Below, in pieces: positions 36,170-42,639 of a stretch of DNA of 42,639 bases (positions are counted from its first letter, which is position 1; every line of letters starts with the position of its first letter). The notes below the pieces were generated by a model. It made no database searches, was not told the origin of the DNA, and saw nothing but the letters and a program-made list of their open reading frames with translations. The position numbers and the translations under genes were made by a program. The DNA is from a bacterium. Lineage in GTDB: Bacteria; Patescibacteriota; Microgenomatia; Levybacterales; UBA12049. Location of the stretch: contig JAUYMJ010000010.1 of NCBI GenBank assembly GCA_030698775.1, positions 1 through 42,639 of the forward strand. Direction: 5' to 3'.

Positions 36170-36170
36170 A

Positions 36171-37436
36171 TTATTTAAAAAGCAGGGTCGAGAGAAGGAT
36201 TATAGCAGCAATAGCCATGACAAGGATAATGATTATGCTTAGTATATTCATCAATAGAGAATTTGTATGACCTCTCATTATTTTTTTGTTGTTGGCGATA
36301 ATCAAAATAAGAAGCATAAGAGGCGGCGCAGTGATGCCGTTTAATACCGCAGCGTAGTAAAGCATAGTAAACGGTTTAATACCACTAAAATTAACGAGTA
36401 AACCCACGAATGTGGCAAGAGCGATAATCCCGTAGAATCCATGGGCTTGATTAAACTTCTTGCTAAGCCCTGCATTCCAGCGCATACTCTCGGCTATCGC
36501 ATACGATGCTGATCCGGAAAGGATCGGCACAGCCAAAAATCCGGTTCCCAAAATACCTAAAGAAAAAAGAAGCGATGCGAAGTCGCCGGCAATTGGACGA
36601 AGTGCCTGTGCGGCTTGATCTGCTGTCTCTATCTTTGTTATTCCGTTCAGGTGAAGCGTTGAGGCAACGGTAACGATGATAAAAAACATCACGAGATTTG
36701 AGAAAAACATGCCCAAAAACGTATCGAAACGCATCTCCCGAATATCATTCCTTGCAATATGAGGGATACCACGTCCGAGTACTTTTAATTTCTTGTGTTC
36801 AATTTCTTCTTCAACCTCTTCATCCGCTTGCCAGAAAAAGAGATACGGTGAGATGGTCGTCCCTAAAATTGCAACAATATTCAGGATATATGCTTTGTCG
36901 AGTGACAATTGAGGAATAAGTGTTGAGAAAACAATCGCCCCCCAATCCTGCTTCACGACAAACACGACGATAACATAGGCAAAAAGCGATAATGCGAGAT
37001 ATTTGAGAAACTTTGCATAGACTGGGTACGAAACGAAGATCTCTAAAAGAAGTGTTATGACTGTCACAATAATAAGCCAGACGAAAAATGGGATACCGAA
37101 AAGAAGCTGTCCTGCCGAAGCCATAGCGCCCAGATCCGCTCCGATATTAATGGTGTTTGCAATCAGAAGAAGCGCCACCGCACCATACAAAAGGGTACGG
37201 GAGTAATGTTCCCTGATCACACCGGCCAGTCCCCGCCCGGTGACAAGACCAATTCTCCCGCACATCTCCTGCATCACCGTCATGAAAGGAAAAGAAAATA
37301 GGGATGTCCAGAGTTGGGAGTACCCAAATTGCGCACCCGTCTGCGCATAGGTCGCGATACCTGAAGGATCGTCGTCTGAGGCGCCGGTGATAAAACCCGG
37401 ACCGAGGATCTTTAAAAATTTCTTTATCTTTTTCAT
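36171..37436 (-). CDS. NRAMP family divalent metal transporter
   Basis: [25 protein letters not shown] and [12 protein letters not shown] motifs; about 11 TM. Confidence 0.9.
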   Translation of the reverse strand: MKKIKKFLKILGPGFITGASDDDPSGIATYAQTGAQFGYSQLWTSLFSFPFMTVMQEMCGRIGLVTGRGLAGVIREHYSRTLLYGAVALLLIANTINIGADLGAMASAGQLLFGIPFFVWLIIVTVITLLLEIFVSYPVYAKFLKYLALSLFAYVIVVFVVKQDWGAIVFSTLIPQLSLDKAYILNIVAILGTTISPYLFFWQADEEVEEEIEHKKLKVLGRGIPHIARNDIREMRFDTFLGMFFSNLVMFFIIVTVASTLHLNGITKIETADQAAQALRPIAGDFASLLFSLGILGTGFLAVPILSGSASYAIAESMRWNAGLSKKFNQAHGFYGIIALATFVGLLVNFSGIKPFTMLYYAAVLNGITAPPLMLLILIIANNKKIMRGHTNSLLMNILSIIIILVMAIAAIILLSTLLFK

Positions 37437-37442
37437 CGAATC

Positions 37443-37539
37443 TTTGACGTGGGAGTATTTTGATGTTTTTGAAATTGATATTCTCGATATCTTGAAATCA
37501 AGATTTCAAGATCAAGTATATCTCACTTCCCACCTCAAA
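37443..37539. repeat. Nested inverted repeat upstream of the NRAMP gene
   Basis: Inner ATCTTGAAATC-AA-GATTTCAAGAT; outer TTTGACGTGGGA...TCCCACCTCAAA. Confidence 0.65.
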
Positions 37540-37571
37540 AAATCTTACTACATATATTGACAGATGATGTT

Positions 37572-37955
37572 TTATAGTCCCTTACAAATTGATTCACAAA
37601 CATTCTTTAATTCATTTTTTGGGACACCCTGCAGATTTTTCAGATCATCAATAATTTTCTGCACTTGTGGGGATGAGGAAACGACATCCTGCGGATCAAG
37701 CTGCATCACCTGTTTTTTAATCGCGTCTATCTGATCCTCGACTGTTCCCTGCAGGCGTTCTTTTGCATCCTCTACTTTCTGCTGGTTTTGTCTGTTTTCT
37801 TTTTCAGTTTTTACTCCTTTTACAAAACCTTTTGAGTTCCCTAAAAGTGAAAACTGAACGATAACAAGGATACCAATTAAGACAATAATAGCAAACACGC
37901 CTTTATGGATTGAGGGTTGATCGGGTGAGCCTTTGTGGGCAGGACGGTCCTTCAT
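37572..37955 (-). CDS. Hypothetical single-TM helical protein with C-terminal CxxxC
   Basis: TM helix, coiled-coil-like region, ends VCESICKGL; TACAAT 8 nt before ATG. Confidence 0.75.
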   Translation of the reverse strand: MKDRPAHKGSPDQPSIHKGVFAIIVLIGILVIVQFSLLGNSKGFVKGVKTEKENRQNQQKVEDAKERLQGTVEDQIDAIKKQVMQLDPQDVVSSSPQVQKIIDDLKNLQGVPKNELKNVCESICKGL

Positions 37956-37996
37956 TTGGATTCATTGTATGCCAAGGAGGTTACGTTTGCAATCTG

Positions 37997-38788
37997 TCAG
38001 GGGAAGTAGGATAGTATCTCGTTATCGATGACCCCGTTCGCAATAAGCAGATCCGATGAGAAGACGGTCCAATCACTTCCATTAAGGCTTCTTATGGAAG
38101 CACCCGCTTTTTCAGCAATCAGAAGGCCAGCACCTACGTCCCATGGCTTTAGTCCATAGACAAAGTAGGCATCGATATTTCCTGATGCAACACTGACAAT
38201 TTCAACTGAAGCGCTTCCTCTCGATTGAATCGCTCGAACATTCGGAAGGATTTTACTGAAAATGCCAAGAGTTTTTTTCCTCTTTTCAATATCCCATGAC
38301 CAGTCACAACACAAAAGCGCTTCTTTAAGTGACGATGTCGATGAAACCTTGATTGGCAATTCATTGAGATAGGATTTGTCCATGTCGCTTTGTGCCCAAT
38401 AAAGCTTTTTCTCAAGTGGAAGATACACAACTCCAAGTTTTGCCTTTCCCCGATCAACAAGCCCTACCGAGACTGAAAAATGCATACTTCCCCTGGAGAA
38501 ATTGGTAGTCCCGTCAATTGGATCAATTACCCAGAGATTGTCTTTTCCAACAAAAGATGCATATTCTGAAGGGGCTGTTTCCTCTGTAAGAAATGACGTA
38601 TGGGGAAATCGCTTGGATAGTTTTTCCCGTAAATACAAATCTATTGCGTCATCAGCTTCTGTTGCAAAATCTGAACCGCCCTTACTATGTGAGGAAAAAC
38701 CGCTTTCCAAAAATCCATCGATCCGTTTTCCTGCTTCCAGGACAATATTGATGAGCTCTTTGCGGATTGATGTGAGGTTTGTATCCAC
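37997..38788 (-). CDS. Inositol monophosphatase family protein
   Basis: D..T.AD, L.EE, WVIDPIDGTTNF and PWD..AG.LI...AG motifs. Confidence 0.93.
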   Translation of the reverse strand: MDTNLTSIRKELINIVLEAGKRIDGFLESGFSSHSKGGSDFATEADDAIDLYLREKLSKRFPHTSFLTEETAPSEYASFVGKDNLWVIDPIDGTTNFSRGSMHFSVSVGLVDRGKAKLGVVYLPLEKKLYWAQSDMDKSYLNELPIKVSSTSSLKEALLCCDWSWDIEKRKKTLGIFSKILPNVRAIQSRGSASVEIVSVASGNIDAYFVYGLKPWDVGAGLLIAEKAGASIRSLNGSDWTVFSSDLLIANGVIDNEILSYFP

Positions 38789-40635
38789 TATTTTATCAAA
38801 CGTTGGACTGCTTGAACGATTGCTGTAGCATCAATTTTTGCATCTGCAAGAAGCTTCTCCGGTTTCCCGGATCTTGAAAACTTCCTGACAGCCAGCTTCT
38901 CGACCCAGGTCCCGCTCCCTGAAAGAGCAGAGAGAACAAAATCCCCCAATCCTCCGTGCTCATAATGATCCTCAACCGTAACAAGGATATTTTCTTTTGT
39001 TACCCTAACACATTCCAGAAGCGTATCCTTATCAATCGGATTAATACTGTAACAATCAACTATTTGCACAGAGATCCCTTTGTTCTTCAATACTTCGTAC
39101 GCTTTGAGCGCCTCATGCACGGTAATTCCGGCGGCGACCACAGTTAACACATCTTCTTTCGATGTACGGAGTATTTTTGATCCACCAAGAGTAAATTCAT
39201 CGTCATTTTTATAAAGCACAGGTGTTTTTGGCCGAAGCGTCCGAAGGTAGGAAATTCCCTCGTGTTTAACGAGTAAGGGGATCAGTTTTGTCGTTGACAC
39301 TGCCTCTGATGGGTGGAGTATAACCACATCTGGAATCGTCCCAAACATCGCAATATCCTCAAGGCCCATTTGGGACGATCCGTCTTCTCCAATCGAAACG
39401 CCACAGTGTGATCCGACAAACCCTACATCCGCTTTTCCTATCGCACCCATACGGATCTGATCGAAGGCACGGCTCAAAAATGCTGCAAACGTTGAGACAA
39501 ACGGTTTCCTGCCAACACGCGACATACCAACCGCGACACCAACCATATTTTGCTCAGCGATGAAACATTCGACAAATCTTTCAGGAAGGGATTTTTTAAA
39601 GTCTATACTAAACGTTGAATTTTTTACCTCCGCATCAAGCGCATAAATACGGGAGTCACTTTGCGCGATAGTGGCAAGTACTTTTCCGTAAATTTCGCGT
39701 GTCGCAACTTCCTCACCTATTTGATAGCTCAAAGACTGTATGCTTTCCTTGTTTTTTGCGGTTTGTGATTTGCGTGTTACTTTTGCAGGTTCCTTAAGCG
39801 CAAAACGCAACCCCTCATCAAGCGTGCCGAGTTCTTGCAGTGCTTTCTCCAAATCTTCTTTCTTGAGCGCTTTTCCGTGCCATCCGTCTTTGTTCTCAAG
39901 GAAAGATACACCTTTGCCTTTGAATGTCTTTGCGACAATGACGTATGGCTTGCCTGATTTGTTTGCGAGTGCGTCCTTATATGCGTTGTCAATTTGTGAA
40001 AAATCGTGTCCGTCAATTGCCATTACATCAGCTCCAAATGCCCTGAATCTATTCATGTATTCATCGATATGGTGGTCAAACATCGTCTCCTGGCTTTGCC
40101 CAAGCCTGTTAATATCTGCAATCACGATAAGGTTATCAAGCTTGTAATACGAGGCGAAGTTGAGCGCCTCCCAGACCTGTCCTTCCGCAAGCTCCCCGTC
40201 CCCGGTGAGGACGAACGTCTTGTAGGGTAACTTCTCATTTTTTGCAATATAGGCAAGCCCGGCACCGATTGAAAGTCCCTGTCCCAGTGACCCGGTTGCC
40301 GCATCGGAGTAGGGGAAACTAGGTGTCGGATGCCCTTCTAACCGGCTGTCAAATTTACGAAGGGTAAGTAGCTCAGACGGATCAAAAGCTCCACTTAGAG
40401 CAAAGAGCGTGTAAAGAAGCGGTGCAGCGTGCCCTTTGGAGAGAATAAACCTGTCATTTCCTTGGTATAAAGGGTTTTTTAAGTCGTAGCGAAAATACGT
40501 ATCAAAAAGAACAGTTGTCAGGTCAGCAGCCGACATGCAGGTCGTAGGATGACCGGAACCAGCAGCGGTTGTTGCGCGCATTGACCACGCACGGACCAAA
40601 TTAGCTTTTTTTACGAGTAGGTCTGTATCTGCCAT
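38788..40635 (-). CDS. tkt: Transketolase (single-chain, short type)
   Basis: GSGHPT, LSKGHAAP, LEGHP, GSLGQG, GDGE..EG..WEA, IAEQNMV and IGEDG.SQM motifs; start moved to ATG 40635. Confidence 0.95.
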   Translation of the reverse strand: MADTDLLVKKANLVRAWSMRATTAAGSGHPTTCMSAADLTTVLFDTYFRYDLKNPLYQGNDRFILSKGHAAPLLYTLFALSGAFDPSELLTLRKFDSRLEGHPTPSFPYSDAATGSLGQGLSIGAGLAYIAKNEKLPYKTFVLTGDGELAEGQVWEALNFASYYKLDNLIVIADINRLGQSQETMFDHHIDEYMNRFRAFGADVMAIDGHDFSQIDNAYKDALANKSGKPYVIVAKTFKGKGVSFLENKDGWHGKALKKEDLEKALQELGTLDEGLRFALKEPAKVTRKSQTAKNKESIQSLSYQIGEEVATREIYGKVLATIAQSDSRIYALDAEVKNSTFSIDFKKSLPERFVECFIAEQNMVGVAVGMSRVGRKPFVSTFAAFLSRAFDQIRMGAIGKADVGFVGSHCGVSIGEDGSSQMGLEDIAMFGTIPDVVILHPSEAVSTTKLIPLLVKHEGISYLRTLRPKTPVLYKNDDEFTLGGSKILRTSKEDVLTVVAAGITVHEALKAYEVLKNKGISVQIVDCYSINPIDKDTLLECVRVTKENILVTVEDHYEHGGLGDFVLSALSGSGTWVEKLAVRKFSRSGKPEKLLADAKIDATAIVQAVQRLIK

Positions 40636-40643
40636 GACGACAA

Positions 40644-41645
40644 TTATACCACACGGTTTGTGATTTTCCCCTCGATACATGAGGTGATGTTCTGAAGGGT
40701 GACCGAAAGAATTCTCCCTAGCGCCTCCGCACTATTGAATGCGTTATGGGGCGTAATAATAACATTCTTCTTTTTTAAAAGCACATGGTTAAGAAGCTGT
40801 GTTTTTATATCACACTCCTTCAAAAATTCATCGGTGAGAAGCTGCGTCTCCTCTTTGATAAAACACTCCTCCTCCAAGACGTCAAGCCCCGCTCCAGCGA
40901 GAATTCCCTTCTCAAGCCCAAGCAAAACTGCTTCCGTATCCACCACTCCACCCCTTGCAGTATTAATAAGTATGCTTCCCTTTTTGCAGTGAAGGATATT
41001 CTCTTTATTAATCAAATGGCGCGTTTCTCTGGTCAACGGGACGTGAAGTGAGATAACATCCGACTCCGACAGAAGAGTTGGCAAATCAACAAACCGTACA
41101 GCAAGCTCATCTGCAAGGTGTGCATCAGGACTCCTTGAGAAGACAATAACGTTCATCCCAAATCCCTTGGCTATACGTACTGCTGCTTTCCCAATATGTC
41201 CAAGGCCAACAACTCCGAATGTCTTCCCGTACAAATCAAAACCCCGCAACCCGTCCAGGCTAAAATTGCCTTGGCGCGTCCTCTCGGCTGATGGAATTAT
41301 TTTCCGGGAGAGGGCAAGTATCAGTGCAAACGTATGCTCTGCTACCGTGTTTGCACCGTATTCGGGAACATTGCAAACCGTAATCTTTTTTTCCCGACAA
41401 TACTCAAGGTCTATATGGTCAAACCCTGTTGAACGGGTCGTGATGAGTGAAATATCAGGAAGTTGTGAAAGAAGCTCTTTCGTTAATTGAGAAAACACCA
41501 TCGTCGAGAGCACCTCCGCACCTTGGGCCTCGCGAAGATTATCTTTCGTGAGTGAGGTATTACAAAAATACAACGAATGGTCTGTAAGGTGGTCCTGAAA
41601 ATAGACTTTCTCCCATTCCTCAACATCAAAAAACGCAATCTTCAT
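40644..41645 (-). CDS. D-isomer-specific 2-hydroxyacid (D-lactate-like) dehydrogenase
   Basis: RSTGFDHID, NVP.YG...VAEH, G.G.IG, INTARG, LDV.EEE and TPHNAF motifs. Confidence 0.9.
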   Translation of the reverse strand: MKIAFFDVEEWEKVYFQDHLTDHSLYFCNTSLTKDNLREAQGAEVLSTMVFSQLTKELLSQLPDISLITTRSTGFDHIDLEYCREKKITVCNVPEYGANTVAEHTFALILALSRKIIPSAERTRQGNFSLDGLRGFDLYGKTFGVVGLGHIGKAAVRIAKGFGMNVIVFSRSPDAHLADELAVRFVDLPTLLSESDVISLHVPLTRETRHLINKENILHCKKGSILINTARGGVVDTEAVLLGLEKGILAGAGLDVLEEECFIKEETQLLTDEFLKECDIKTQLLNHVLLKKKNVIITPHNAFNSAEALGRILSVTLQNITSCIEGKITNRVV

Positions 41646-41658
41646 ACGTTTGATACTA

Positions 41659-42270
41659 TCACATCTCCAAACTCTTCCAAAGATATCTGCTTCCGATCGT
41701 CCTATATGGCTTCCATTTGTTTGAAATCCTCAGGGCTGTTTTTTCTGACGGCTCTTTTCGCAAATTGTATACCTTCTCCATTGCGCGGCGAAGGCCAAGG
41801 TCTCCATACGAAAAGACATCCTGCCGCTCCATGCTAAACATCAAGAACATCTCAGCAGTCCAGCGGCCGATTCCCTTTACTTTGACAAGCTCCTCTATGA
41901 TCTCTTCATCGGTCATTATCCCGAATTGTTCAAAAAGAATCCCGCTTTCGATCGTTTTCTTTGCGAGATCTTTGATGTAGGAAATTTTCTGCCAGGAGAT
42001 ACCTGCTTCCCGTATCTTCCCGTCGGGAAGGTCCAAAACGAGCGTAGGGTCTACCTCATGATTTGGCAACAATGCGACGAACCGCTTCCAGATCGTATCT
42101 GCCGCTTTTACCGATAGCTGTTGTGACACGATTGATTCCACTAAGTCCATAAAATAATTCCCGTCACTTTCACGGGGAGCGAGGTTGATTTTTTTTGATA
42201 GTTCCCAAAGGACAGGGTCGGTTTTTTGGAAATGCTTTTTTGCTTTTTCGATTTTCTCTTTTGTAATCAT
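41659..42270 (-). CDS. alkA: DNA-3-methyladenine glycosylase II (AlkA-like, HhH-GPD)
   Basis: IVSQQLS.KAA, VKGIG.WTAEMFL and W.PYR motifs; start at ATG 42270 after TTGAGT-N17-TACAAT. Confidence 0.9.
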   Translation of the reverse strand: MITKEKIEKAKKHFQKTDPVLWELSKKINLAPRESDGNYFMDLVESIVSQQLSVKAADTIWKRFVALLPNHEVDPTLVLDLPDGKIREAGISWQKISYIKDLAKKTIESGILFEQFGIMTDEEIIEELVKVKGIGRWTAEMFLMFSMERQDVFSYGDLGLRRAMEKVYNLRKEPSEKTALRISNKWKPYRTIGSRYLWKSLEM

Positions 42271-42277
42271 AAAGCGA

Positions 42278-42325
42278 ATTGTACGTGGTAAGAAAAAAAT
42301 ACTCAAGGGATCACTGTGCTATACT
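42278..42325. promoter_or_regulatory. Divergent promoters for alkA and the MazG-like gene
   Basis: Minus strand TTGAGT-N17-TACAAT-N7-ATG; plus strand TGCTATACT-N6-ATG. Confidence 0.65.
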
Positions 42326-42331
42326 CGGGCT

Positions 42332-42639
42332 ATGAACATAAAATCCCTTCAGGAAAAAGTCAGGGCTTTTAATGAAAAGACGCGCCCGAAATACAAACTG
42401 TATTCGCAAACAGAAAAAGAAATCCTCACAAAAACTATTAAACTAAATGAGGAAGTCGGGGAACTTTGCAACGACATTTTGTCTGTCCTGAAACTGCAAA
42501 GAAAATCAAAACTTGATAAGTTTGACAAACGGAATTTCTATGAGGAATTCGCTGACGTGATTATCACAACATTTCAACTAGGAAGTGCGGCTGGCGTCGA
42601 TATCGAAAGGGCAATAAACGACAAGCTGAAGAAAATTGA
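42332..42639 (+). CDS. MazG-like nucleotide pyrophosphohydrolase (3' truncated by window edge)
   Basis: MNIKSLQ...KLNEEVGELCNDI...EEFADVII...GVDIERAINDKL; EExxE...ExxD motif; not in the ORF track. Confidence 0.85.
   Translation, partial: MNIKSLQEKVRAFNEKTRPKYKLYSQTEKEILTKTIKLNEEVGELCNDILSVLKLQRKSKLDKFDKRNFYEEFADVIITTFQLGSAAGVDIERAINDKLKKI

Noticed and set aside
40636-40680. Transketolase N-terminal extension in the track
   Set aside because: Overlaps the upstream gene and contains the TATAAT promoter; ATG 40635 preferred
1-42639. Numerous 60-180 aa antisense or alternate-frame ORFs (e.g. 4036-4527, 10429-10881, 24059-24502, 29497-30027, 33762-34256)
   Set aside because: They overlap well-supported genes and show no motifs; expected shadow ORFs
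1-42639. Alternative genetic code (TGA=Gly, code 25), and any tRNA, rRNA or transposase
   Set aside because: Conserved genes are full length in code 11 and several end properly at TGA (secF, ugd, rfbD); no cloverleaf, rRNA or transposase motifs seen by eye

Overview
A gene-dense bacterial chromosomal window using genetic code 11, with most genes on the minus strand. Gene content and style (minimal TsaB, DUF5679, wHTH-nucleotidyltransferase, few Shine-Dalgarno sites) suggest a CPR/Patescibacteria organism, probably Microgenomates; this is inference only. In order it holds: the end of an ABC permease, yqeY, a DUF4258/DUF2283-like toxin-antitoxin pair coupled to secDF, a small CxxC protein missing from the ORF track, nth, a 2-oxoacid:ferredoxin oxidoreductase, a TMEM175 channel, ferredoxin and a full Rrf2-sufCBDS-(phosphatase)-sufU operon. 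Next come a surface-glycan cluster (GT-C, GT2-GtrA, UDP-xylose, GDP-D-rhamnose, dTDP-L-rhamnose), tsaE/C/B, a lamin-tail surface protein, ftsEX, prfB, NRAMP, IMPase, transketolase, a D-2-hydroxyacid dehydrogenase, alkA and a MazG-like gene. I saw no rRNA, tRNA, CRISPR array or transposase. The most unusual layer is sub-genic: two related REPIN-like hairpin elements, AT-rich periodic inverted repeats between genes, and palindromic or heptamer units sitting in-frame inside rfbB, korA, tsaE and probably nth. There is also a candidate structured RNA at about 12.2 kb, at least ten apparently leaderless promoters, a symmetric bidirectional promoter, and a gene that seems to start at ACG. All product calls come from motif recognition by eye, not database searches.
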